Source: Octopus bimaculoides
Lineage: Eukaryota
Assembly: GCF_001194135.2 (NCBI RefSeq)
Contig: NC_068983.1
Coordinates: forward strand, 90,502,935-90,535,016
DNA length: 32,082 bases
Direction of reading: 5' to 3'
Below, one piece after another: positions 21,462 to 32,082 of the stretch. Below the pieces are notes generated by a model. That model saw only the letters and a list, made by a program, of their open reading frames with translations, did not search any database and was not told where the DNA came from. Within the stretch, counting starts at the first letter, position 1, and each line of letters opens with the position of its first letter. Both the position numbers and the translations under genes were made by a program.

Positions 21462-22214
21462 GAAACCAATGTAGCAAAGAACACAAAATAACTTTGGTGT
21501 TGTTCCTGTTTTTAAGGCAGGAACTCCTTGAAATTTTGGGTATTTGAGTATATTTAAAAATTTAAGGAATGGAGAAAACGCATGTTATAATTGCATACTT
21601 TATTCCTACATATGTTTCAAAGGATTACAATCTATGTGATCCATAGGGATCTGTGATATTAAAACTGTAACCTTCTCATCAGGGAAAGCATGGGAATCAT
21701 CTTAAACGTAAGACATTATGACCGAGTATGAAAACAATAGATGGATAAGGTTATGACGTGATTCATTTGAAAAAAACCGTTAGAGAATTGGACGCTACCG
21801 GATAGTAGTTTGGACAACACATACATAAATGTGTGAAAACATACATGCATACATAAATGCATATACACATATACNNNNNNNNNNNNNNNNNNNNNNNNNN
21901 NNNNNNNNNNNNNNNNNNNNNNNNNNNNNNNNNNNNNNNNNNNNNNNNNNNNNNNNNNNNNNNNNNNNNNNNNNTGGCTATTTTCCAATTTCTCCCAAGA
22001 ATTTTCCTAAGACAATATTGATAATATCATTCTATATGGCAACGATGGCAGGACAGGAAGATATACTGTGGCGTGACTAGAGACACTTGTCAAGCCTACC
22101 AAATGCACTACTAACCTTACTGATTCTATACGAAATTTCATCATCAAGACCAGTAGTGCTCAAAGTACTTTTTAAATAAATGAATTTAGTTACAACTTTC
22201 AACCTCTGACCATA

Positions 22215-22410
22215 CACAATTCTTGGATGAGGTTCAAGGACTGCCTCAGAATTGCTTTGACACAGACAGGAGTTTCAGCTATTGATTGGGAAAGAGAGGC
22301 ACAAGACCAAAATGGATGGAGAAAAAGAGTACACAGTGGTTGTTCAAAGTTTGAAAGAGAGAAAATGAAACACAAGAAGATTAAGAGAAGGCTTAGAAAG
22401 AACGCACTTG
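22215..22410 (+). mobile_element. RTE-clade (BovB-like) LINE C-terminal remnant
   Basis: RFKDCLRIAL..WEREAQDQNGWRKRVHSGCSKFE..KRRLRK matches the RTE C-terminal pattern RxKDxLK..WExxAxDRxxWR..GxxxFE. Confidence 0.6.
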
Positions 22411-22480
22411 TGGAAAATGTGGGAGAATTACCCTTAATTATTTTAATACATTACCCCTTAATTCTTTTAATATATATACA

Positions 22481-22509
22481 ACTAGCAGAGATACCCGGCC
22501 TTGCTCGGG
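22481..22509 (+). mobile_element. Possible Helitron-type 5' terminus
   Basis: ACTAGCAGAGATACCCGGCCTTGCTCGGG has an ACTAGC start and a CCCG..CGGG hairpin. No matching 3' end was found. Confidence 0.3.
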
Positions 22510-22532
22510 ATTAAAATGGCATAGATTTTTAT

Positions 22533-22830
22533 AGCTTTACTTGTTTCAGTCATGTAACTGCGACCATGGTGGAGCACCGCTGTTGGTCGAAGAAATCAAC
22601 CACAGGATTTATTCTTTGTAAGCCTAGTACCCATTCTGTCAGTGTCTTTTACCAAACCATTAAGTTACAGGAATGTAAACACAGCAACATCAGTTGTCAA
22701 GCAATGGTGGAGATACAAACACAAGACACAGGTACACACATACACAAATATACACATATATACAACAGTCTTCTTTCAGTTTCTGAGTACGAAATCCACT
22801 CACAGGATTTTGGTCAGCCTGAGGCTATAT
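22533..22830 (-). mobile_element. SINE-like repeat (copy 3, longest)
   Basis: Runs from tttacttgtttcagtcat through ttattctttgtaagcctagtac to aaatccactcacaggattttggtcagcctgaggctata; same family as copies 1 and 2. Confidence 0.7.
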
Positions 22831-23833
22831 ATATATATATATATATATATGCTTTCGGTGCAAATAGCTTTATTATNNNNNNNNNNNNNNNNNNNNNNNN
22901 NNNNNNNNNNNNNNNNNNNNNNNNNNNNNNNNNNNNNNNNNNNNNNNNNNNNNNNNNNNNNNNNNNNNNNNNNNNNNNNNNNNNNNNNNNNNNNNNNNNN
23001 NNNNNNNNNNNNNNNNNNNNNNNNNNNNNNNNNNNNNNNNNNNNNNNNNNNNNNNNNNNNNNNNNNNNNNNNNNNNNNNNNNNNNNNNNNNNNNNNNNNN
23101 NNNNNNNNNNNNNNNNNNNNNNNNNNNNNNNNNNNNNNNNNNNNNNNNNNNNNNNNNNNNNNNNNNNNNNNNNNNNNNNNNNNNNNNNNNNNNNNNNNNN
23201 NNNNNNNNNNNNNNNNNNNNNNNNNNNNNNNNNNNNNNNNNNNNNNNNNNNNNNNNNNNNNNNNNNNNNNNNNNNNNNNNNNNNNNNNNNNNNNNNNNNN
23301 NNNNNNNNNNNNNNNNNNNNNNNNNNNNNNNNNNNNNNNNNNNNNNNNNNNNNNNNNNNNNNNNNNNNNNNNNNNNNNNNNNNNNNNNNNNNNNNNNNNN
23401 NNNNNNNNNNNNNNNNNNNNNNNNNNNNNNNNNNNNNNNNNNNNNNNNNNNNNNNNNNNNNNNNNNNNNNNNNNNNNNNNNNNNNNNNNNNNNNNNNNNN
23501 NNNNNNNNNNNNNNNNNNNNNNNNNNNNNNNNNNNNNNNNNNNNNNNNNNNNNNNNNNNNNNNNNNNNNNNNNNNNNNNNNNNNNNNNNNNNNNNNNNNN
23601 NNNNNNNNNNNNNNNNNNNNNNNNNNNNNNNNNNNNNNNNNNNNNNNNNNNNNNNNNNNNNNNNNNNNNNNNNNNNNNNNNNNNNNNNNNNNNNNNNNNN
23701 NNNNNNNNNNNNNNNNNNNNNNNNNNNNNNNNNNNNNNNNNNNNNNNNNNNNNNNNNNNNNNNNNNNNNNNNNNNNNNNNNNNNNNNNNNNNNNNNNNNN
23801 NNNNNNNNNNNNNNNNNNNNNNNNNNNNNNNNN

Positions 23834-23873
<40 letters not shown>

Positions 23874-24865
23874 CAAAAACATGAACAGTTTCGTAACATT
23901 GTTTACAAAATAATAGCTGATCGTTTGCGAAGGAGCATGTCTACAGTCAACACTTAGGATTTTTGCTCTGGTAACTTCTGCTCTCTCCCATGTTCATGCA
24001 CGACCAGCTATATGTTGCTATGAGTAGACCAACGGATTCAGCAAATTTGGAAATTAGTTGTGGAGAAACAGAAAATATCGTTTATATTGTGTATCACTCA
24101 CTAAAAAGATGAAATTTAAAAAAATCTGTTATCTCTCTCTCTCTTTACACTGTCGCTAGAAGGGGACTTAACTCATGTTTGCAAATGCTCCGACTTCAAA
24201 ATTGTTAGAAGTTATGGTTTTAAATTATTTTTAATGCAAAAATTCACGTCTTAGGAAGCAAAAAAAAAAAAATAATAATAATAAATGGTCAATTCTGGGC
24301 ATTTTCGACCATGAGGAATCCATTGGTGTGACTCCCAGATTGCTATCTTGTAAGGTGGGGATTTCTATAGATGCAACACACACACACACATACACATACA
24401 CACAAACTCAGCTTTACAATATGTACTGATGTTACATAGAGCAACACGTTTCAACTGCATTGATTAGTAGCCATTGCAATTGCAACCCTATTATAATACT
24501 GGTGCAGTTGCTTCAGGGTCCTTCAATTTGACTGTTTAAAGTTTTTTGCTTATCTACTCTGTGTTGTATGATGTAGGGTTGTCTGTTAAGTTAGATGCAA
24601 ACAATCTCCATTTGAAGTCTTGATTGGATAATCACTTATAATCCATTATTTCAAAACATTCTGTTGTTTAAATGTTTATTATTCATTTATACTTGGCAAA
24701 TGTGAATTTCCATATGTGAAAGCATCTCAAAGCTTGTTCCTCTCTTGAATTTATTTCTTTACACTTTGATGTAAAAATCTGGTAAAATTCTTCAAGACAT
24801 AAGTTACATTTTTGGGTTCCAGGTTTGCACGGTTTTGCAGTGTAAATTAATTCCCAACTGATAGT

Positions 24866-25042
24866 TGTTGTAAGGAATTAGTAATAATGGTACACCCCTT
24901 CCATGTGACGAATAGAATAACCTAGTCACTATAAGTAAAGAGAGTATGTAGTAGGCAGTCAGAGATAGTTGTGTCTTTACTGGTTTACTAAGTATAGTGT
25001 ATACTGAAGCGGGTGTTATAATAATCCAACATTTAAGGATTA
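24866..25042 (+). repeat. 5' LTR
   Basis: Aligns with 28448-28596. It carries an extra block of about 33 bp and lacks the terminal TAACA. Confidence 0.9.
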
Positions 25043-28000
25043 AGGCAATGAGGATTCAAACTCATGAAGAATTCATAAACTTGATGAGGCTAAACCAATT
25101 CACATGGAGTTAATAGAAACTTGAAGTGGAGTTAATAAACAAAAAAATCATGTAAATATAGAAAATTTGTGGCAGGTTTGCTCGAGTTGCAAAAACAACA
25201 ACAACAACAATAGATACAACTGCAAGAGCAACAACAGATGCAACAACAACAAAAAATGAATATTACATCAACAAATGCAGCAATTACTGAAATTGTCAGG
25301 AAAGTCAGAAAAAGTGTTCTTGCCAGACTATGCCGTGAACTCCATAACAGAATTCAAATATGAACCAGACGAAGGAGTTACCTTCAAAGCATACAACAGA
25401 AGATATGAGAAAATCTTTGATAAAGAATATAAATATTGGGATGAGATGAAAACGTGCTTAATCTTGAGAAAACTAGTGGCAACAGAACATGAACAATACA
25501 ATAATTATATACTCCCAAGAAAACCTTCAGGCATAAACTTTAATGACACGATAGATATATTGTGTAAAATTTTCAGTGAAAAAAGCTCATTGTTCAACAC
25601 ACGAGGAAAATGTCTAAACATAGAGAAAAACAATGATGCGGACTACATCACATATGCTAGTAGAGTAAATAGGGAATGCGAGAAGTTCAAGCTGGATGAA
25701 TTAACACCAGATATGTTCAAACGCCTGATTTTTACACTGAGACTTACTACCAAAAAGGACACAGAAGTTAGAACTAGAATTTTTGCAAAGCTGGAACAAA
25801 ACCAGAATGTAACCCTACAGCAAGTGCTAGAAGAATGTGAAAGGATAGTCAAATTAAGACACGACACAAGAAATCAAATGGAAAGATTGTTTCCAAGTAA
25901 AACATGTGTGAAATAGTCAAAATGAAGATTAAGCGTTTTCTAAAAAACACAACAAAAATTAGGAAATAAACCCATGTTTTGCATGTCGAGGTATACACTT
26001 GAGGTAAAATTATCTATTTAAAAAAGCCAGTGCTTTTGTTGCGAAAATTTAGGACATTTAAAAATGCGCTGTAGAACAAAGATGATAAAACGTCAGAACA
26101 ATGGAAAAGATAAATAATATGTCAACAGAAGAAATTGGTAATATAACAATGAAGAAATTCGTGAAGGTGAAAATCAGAAATACAAGTGTTAAAATGCAGT
26201 TGGACACTAGTAGTGATATCACTATTATAAATGAAAAATCTTGCAAATATATCAGTAAGCTGAAATTAATTAAATCATAAAAAGTAGTACATGGTGTTAC
26301 AGGAAAAAGATTATATTTTATCAGTGAATTTGTATGTAATGTAACATTTTGAAGTCAAACAAAAAAAGGTTAAGATATATGTGTTAAAAAATTCACTTAA
26401 TTTATTTGGCACAGAGTGGATGGTACTATTCAAATTGTGGAATACACACATAAGTGGTCTGTGTGGAAATATAGTTGGATCAGTCAAAGGTTCAAATGAG
26501 GCTGAAGGACTGAAACAAAAAATTAAAAAATTATTTCTAGATGGTTTTTTTGGAAGAACTGGGTTGTTGTACAAAAACAAAAGCTAAGATCACTGTAAAA
26601 CAAAGTGCATCACTGGGCTTTAGGCCAAAACAGAATGTGTCATTCGCAGCAATAGACCAGGTTAACAAAGAACTTGAAAGACAGGAAAGTCTTGGAATAA
26701 TTGAAAAGATAGACCACTCAGGCTGAGCAGCATTGACAGTTTACATGAAAAGAAGAATAACAAATCAAGTGTTTGTGCAGATTTTTCAACAGGGTTGAAC
26801 GATTGTTTAGTCACATATAACTACTCATTGCCGAGTCTGGAAGAAGTGTTTGCAAAATTGAATGGAAGGAAATTCTCCTCAAAATTAGACCTCTTTGAGG
26901 CATATCTACAAATACAAATAGAAGAAGATTACTCACATTTATTAACAGTTATCACACACTGTGGCTTATTTAAATTTAAGTGGCTTCCCCTTAGTGTAAA
27001 AGTGGATCCTGCTATATTTCAGCAAGTAATGGATGCAGTGTTGAGAGATTGTGATTTTGCTATCGGCTATCTAGACGATATTTTGATAAAGAGTGAATCA
27101 CAGGAACAACACTTTGAACACATTAAAAGAGTATTTGGGAAAATAAGCGAATATGGGTTCAAGTTAATCGAGGAAAAATGTGAGTTGTTGAATAAAATCA
27201 AATACTTAGGACAAATAATAGACAAAAAAGGAAGAAAACCAGACCTATTAAGGCAACAGTGATAAAGAATATTCCCACACCAAAAAATGTAACTATACTG
27301 CATGCATTTTAGGGTTTGGTAAATTATTACCAAATCTACATTCCAAAGGTACATAATGTAAGGAACCCACTCAATGATCTGTTGAAAAAGAATACAAAAT
27401 GGTGTTGGACAGATATGTGCCAGAAGGCATTTGGTGAATTGAAGAGTATTTTAACTTCAGACCTGTCATTGACACATTTTGATCCAAAGTTGGAAACTAT
27501 ACTGGCTACAGATGCAAGTGTAGGAGCCATACTTCTGCATAAATATGATAATGGCAGTAAAAAGGCTATAGTCCATGCATCGAGGTCGTTATTGCCAGCT
27601 GAAAAGAATTATAGTCAGATAGAAAAAGAGGTGTTGAGAATCATATTTGGTGGCAAGAAGTTCCATAGATTTATCCATGGAAGACGTTTCTGTTTGCAAG
27701 CAGACCATCACCCGTTTCTGACAATATACGGTGTGAAAAAAGGAGTCCCAATGCATGTGGTGTCATACCTCCCAGATCTAATGGATAGGCAGAATGCTTT
27801 GTTGATACCTTCAAAATAGCCCTTAGAAAATTGAATAAGGAAGTCATGGATGAGGTATCTACCTCAACAATTTTTAAGAATGTACTGTATGACACCAAAT
27901 CTGAATACACCAGCAGATAGATCACCAGTGGAGTTGATGTTTGCAAAGAAAGTGAAATCAGTCTTTGATAAATTGCTACTTGGCAAGAAAAGAAAAAGTG

Positions 28001-28447
28001 CCAGGGAAGACATAGCAAGATTCTTTAAAGTTGGTGAAAAGGTGTATATGAGAGCGTACAAGAATGAAAAGCAGAGTTAGGAAGATGGCGTAATTACCAA
28101 ATGCATAAGTAAAATGATGTATTGGGTAAAAAGTAGAAAAGGAATACAAAAGAGACACAGGAACCAACTGAAAAAGAGATTTGTGGAAGATGAACCAAAG
28201 AATTTGGAGGAACTGATGGAATGGTTGTACGATACATTCCAAGTACCAACGCCACTGCAGGTGATTGAACCCAGGCGTAAAAGTGAGAGGGAAAAAAACA
28301 TACAGAATTCCTGAAAATAGAAACCAAGCACAAAAAATATTAAATTGTACAGAAAGAAAAAAAAAACAACTCAAAAATGGGAGGTGGGGTGAAAAAAATT
28401 ATTGCTAAATAAAATGACACTTCCTAAGAAAAACTTAAAAAGGGAGA

Positions 28448-28596
28448 TGTTGTAGGGAATTAGTAATAATGGTACACCCTTCCCAAAGAGAATATGTAGT
28501 AGGCGGTCAGAGATAACTGTGTCTTTACTGACTAACTAAGTATACTATATACCGAAGTAGGCGTTATAATAATCCAACATGTTAAGGATTATAACA
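28448..28596 (+). repeat. 3' LTR (149 bp)
   Basis: Runs TGTTGTAGGG..GGATTATAACA, directly after the polypurine tract and followed by ATAAT. Confidence 0.9.
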
Positions 28597-29087
28597 ATAA
28601 TCTAGTCTTTGTTTCTGTCCTTAATAAACCAGATTAATTTGCTAAGACTTGTTTGAAATATTTTATTTTCATCTCCAAATGAACTCAAATAATTTGCCAG
28701 TCTCCTCTTGAAAATTAATGATCTCCTACTGATGTAAAAGTATTTATTACCCTCAAATGTAACTTTACATCTATATATTGCATTTTTAGTCTTACACTTA
28801 TTTTTCACATAACAGGATTCCTGTTTAGAAAAATTGCAAAGATAATCACTTATATTTCACTCAGATTTAGTTTTAATTTGATCATCCATTGTAGAATTAA
28901 ATTCATTTCCACCAAGTTTTTTATTAATATTTACACCTTTAGATAAAATAATCTTTGTTCTAATTCTAGCTGAACTTTTATTTGATTTGATGTAATTAAC
29001 TATGTTAAATTACGTTGTTTCCCTTTCAGTGACATTTAGATTCTTAGCGTTCTCATCTATTTGAGTTTTTTTTTTATTCTGTTTGAT

Positions 29088-30113
29088 GTCCAGCGACATG
29101 AGGAGCAAAGAACTGAAGTATTCCAGATTGCAAGACAGTGTGTGAGAGAAAATTGTGATGTCACAGGAGAGAAATGTGTCTGCGTGGATGATGATGCACT
29201 TGCTTTTAATGGTTCGGAAAAGAAAGAGGCTTGGAGGAGCCATTATGAAAGACTACTGAACGTAGAGAATGAATGGGAGGAGGAGAGCCTGCCAAATGTT
29301 GATCCAGTGGAGGGACCAGCTATCCGAATAGACAGCACCTTGGTAGATAAAGCAATTAAGGATATGAAGTCAGGAAAAGCCCCCGGCCCATCAGGAATCA
29401 CTGCTGAGATACTTAAAACATCTGATGGTGTGGGCTATGGCCTTGTCACCCATATTGTAAACCAGGTAGTTCATGATGGAGTCATACCCAATGACTGGTG
29501 TAGCAGCACCATAGTCAACTGCTACAAAGGTAAAGGTGATGCTTTAGATAGAAATAACTACAGGGGTATCAAACTGCTGGATCAGGTGATGAAGGTCATG
29601 GAAAGGGTCATAGCCCAACTAATTAGGGAGAGAGTCTGTTTAGATGAGATGCAATTCGGTTTTGTGCCAGGTAGAAGCACCACTGATGCTATATTCCTGG
29701 TACAGAAACTGCAGAAGAAATACCTAGCCAAAGGTAAACCCCTATATTTAGCTTTTGTGGATTTGGAGAAAGCTTTTGACAGGGTCCCCCGATCCCTTAT
29801 CTGGTGGGCGATGCGGAAACTGGGGATTGACGAATGGGTAATGAGGGCTGTACTGGCTCTATACAGAGATGCCGTCAGTAGGGTTAGGATTGAAAATGAA
29901 TATAGTGAAGAATTCCAGGTAGAAGTAGGGGTCCACCAAGGATCAGCCCTCAGCACCCTCTTATTCATCATAGTCCTCCAGGCAATAACAGAGGNNNNNN
30001 NNNNCTCAGCACCCTCTTATTCATCATAGTCCTCCAGGCAATAACAGAGGAATTCAAGAGAGGTTGTCCCTGGGAACTCCTCTATGCTGATGACCTGGCC
30101 CTCATAGCAGAAT
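29088..30113 (+). mobile_element. RTE-clade LINE reverse-transcriptase fragment
   Basis: Reads GKAPGPSGI..YKGKGD..NNYRGIKLL..QFGFVPGRSTTDA..FVDLEKAFDRVP..GVHQGSALS..LYADDLA. It has a 10-N gap with a duplicated flank and is truncated after YADD. Confidence 0.92.
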
Positions 30114-30440
30114 GTTTATTCCCATTCAATAACGTCACTATACATTTATACACTACATCCTTCAAATTTCATTTATTATTAAATTTGCATTTAGTCTTAT
30201 CTAAACATGTACAATTAATTATATCCTGGTCCACATTATTATTATTATTAGAATAATTATTGAATTTAAATTTATAATACTTATTTAACTTAAATCTTTT
30301 AAAAGAAGAGATAATATTAGTAACATTTTCCCTAAAACTATATATTTATATATATTTTATACTGTGAAACTTAATTTAATTTTAATTTTTAATAAATTGA
30401 TTTTAATTGAGTTTTTACCAGTAATTTTGGATTTTATCCC
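30114..30440 (-). mobile_element. Penelope-like element 3 fragment (thumb end to GIY-YIG start)
   Basis: Reads KFHSIKYI*IYSFRENVTNIISS..NCTCLDKTKCKFNNK*NLKDVVYKCIV, matching the KISYS..N..II and CxCxxKxxC..VVYxCxV patterns. Confidence 0.6.
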
Positions 30441-30443
30441 TAA

Positions 30444-30486
<43 letters not shown>

Positions 30487-31029
30487 TATATAGTTCTGTC
30501 TTAGACTTAGCTGGCCGAAAATCCTTATTTCTCAATTCTATTTCTACCATTCAATATTTACTGTGTCTATGCGACAGAAATCCCCCAAAATATCTCTCTA
30601 TCTCCCTTGTGCTGGCCTAACCCCCTCTGCTTTACTCTGTCTCTCTCGATCCCACTCGCTCTCTATCTCACTATTCTCCTCCTTCTTTCGATTGACCCCT
30701 TGCATCGCCAGGTCTTTTAAACTAGCACGCGCACCCCCCAATTCCAACACTCGACCGAAATACCTTTACAGCAATGGTCTTTGTGCAACCGCCCTCCCAC
30801 CCCCACCACCGGAAGTTCCTATCTTCTACATCAGTACTGGAAGTTCTTGACTGTCTCCCATGAACACTTCTAAAGACTTCACGCCATTCCCCCCACCCCC
30901 ACTTAGGGCTTATCCCCTATGTAAGGTAGCAATCATTTGGTGCAAAATACGATAGTGTAGTAGGTGCAGGCTGAAATGAATGCTACTGATTGTTTATGAA
31001 TTCTGCAAAATGCGAGCTTTCTTTTCAGG

Positions 31030-32082
31030 TACATGATGCTGCTGTTCCTCGCCCCAGGGTCTCATGGTCCCATACCTCCCACACCCTCAGGGTTGGTACT
31101 CTCAACGTCGGCACTCTGAAAGGTAGGTCTGGTGAGATTGTCGAGATGATTGAACGGAGATGTGTTGATATCTGCTGCCTCCAAGAAGTAAGGTGGAGAG
31201 GTGATTCCACTAGGTTCCTCACAAGCAAAGAACACAGGTACAAGATTTTCTGGGCAGGGAACACATACAGGGTCGGGGGCGTGGGCATACTTCTTGCAGA
31301 GAAATGGGTGGATAAGGTAATTGAGGTAGTTAGAGTATCCGATAGAATACTTAAGATTAGATTAGTCCTTCACCATGGGTTAGCAACCATTATCTCGGCC
31401 TATGCCCCTCAGTCCGGGCTACCCAACGGACAGAAAGACTGATTTTATGACACCCTCCTGCAGACTACCTCATCGACGAATGACAGGGACCTTCTCTTTG
31501 TGGCTGGTGACTTCAATGGACATGTTGGACAACATTCAGGAGGCTTCTATGGCATACATGGAGGCTATGGTTTTGGTTCCCGCAATGAGGAAGGAACCAG
31601 GCTGTTGGAGTTCTGTGATGCAAATGACCTTATGGTCTGTAATACTAACTTCAGTAAACCTACCAGTCACCTAGTCACCTACTGTTCTGGCAGACACACT
31701 AGCCAAATTGACTAAATCCTCGCCAGGAAAAGGGAAAGATGGCTGCTTATCAATGCCAAAACCTTCCCAGGCGAAGAGTGCACCCCACAACATAGACTTG
31801 TAGTTAGTGACTTCAGGATCAGGGCTAAGTGGTTGCCCAGAAGACGACCAGCTTGGAGGAGAAGGGTCTGGAAGCTCAAAGATCCTGCGAATGGACAGAG
31901 ATTTAGAGACTTATTACTCAAAGCCTTTGACGAAATAGATGGGTATGTAGCTTCACACAAGGTACAAAACAACTGGACGTTTCTACAAGACAACCTGCTG
32001 AGGGCCACTGACCAGATCTGTGGATGGTGCAAAGTCCCCTCTCGACCTAAAATAACGTGGTGGTGGAACAATGTTGTTGACA
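31030..32082 (+). mobile_element. RTE-clade LINE 5' part: APE endonuclease domain, runs off the window
   Basis: One frame with two stops reads VGTLNVGTL..DICCLQEVRWRG..ISAYAPQ..GDFNGHVG..RNEEG..FC..SQID*IL..QHRLVVSDF..TWWWN. Confidence 0.92.

Larger units (their letters stand above)
24866..28596 (+). mobile_element. Ty3/Gypsy LTR retrotransposon with both LTRs, decayed, integrase largely deleted
   Basis: LTRs are at 24866-~25042 and 28448-28596 (TGT..ACA at the 3' LTR). TSD is ATAGT/ATAAT. A decayed PBS AGGCAATGAGGAT lies at 25043-25055 and PPT AAAAAGGGAGA at 28437-28447. Internal domains are gag ORF 25275-25916, protease LDTSSDITII, RT YLDD (ORF 26795-27262), RNase H TDAS..SRSL..EKNYSQIEKE and the integrase C-part SNG*AECFVDTFK. 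Confidence 0.92.
24430..29085 (-). mobile_element. Penelope-like element 2 (GIY-YIG and 3' end), split by a Gypsy insertion
   Basis: The right piece reads CNFSKQESCYVKNKCKTKNAIYRCKV..YFYI..FKRRLANYLSSF..TSLSKLIW..KD* (to 28602). The left piece reads TISWELIYTAKPCKPGTQKCNLCLEEF..INSREE..CFHIWKF..* (from 24865). The two are in frame once the insertion is removed. Confidence 0.85.

Noticed and set aside
21471-21560. Possible DAW1 exon 3 ending ..VFK next to a gap
   Set aside because: The frame has an upstream stop, lacks a GT donor and does not resemble the expected ..EPL..S...QV..LI..LQEK..FYLFK sequence.
20339-23957. Long ORFs in the ORF track (300-460 aa)
   Set aside because: They are made almost entirely of X from N gaps plus microsatellite-derived residues.
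23880-23957. HTH-like peptide IIADRLRRSMSTVN
   Set aside because: Too short, abuts an N gap, and has no accompanying TIR or catalytic motif.
1-32082. CRISPR array, rRNA, tRNA or prokaryotic operon
   Set aside because: No regularly spaced repeat-spacer series or RNA gene signature was seen; the window is eukaryotic intronic and intergenic DNA.

Overview
Eukaryotic, AT-rich, microsatellite-dense genomic DNA with five N gaps. The repeat content (GAT-tailed RTE 3' ends, an abundant SINE ending GAAACAAGTAAAA) looks like Octopus; this species call is recognition and inference, not a search result. The one host gene I can support is DAW1 (WDR69/ODA16, dynein assembly factor) on the + strand. It appears as two short coding exons (7550-7589 and 15625-15697) that the ORF track misses, with a near-perfect RFX X-box about 105 bp upstream of the ATG. 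Most of the rest is decayed, often nested transposable elements: a CR1-like LINE piece, a Helentron-type non-autonomous element and a Tc1 element upstream of the gene; a 642-bp long-TIR MITE with telomeric repeats and a piggyBac fused to a one-LTR Gypsy element in intron 1; and in intron 2 a Penelope-like element carrying nested RTE and Chapaev3-type insertions, a second Penelope whose GIY-YIG domain is split by a two-LTR Gypsy, a third Penelope piece and several RTE pieces. I found no rRNA, tRNA or CRISPR, and no clearly new biological system. The most unusual items are the telomere-repeat MITE, the Gypsy with an atypical RNase H and non-canonical primer site, and a decayed hammerhead-like motif in a Penelope 3' end. 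All alignments and translations were done by eye.
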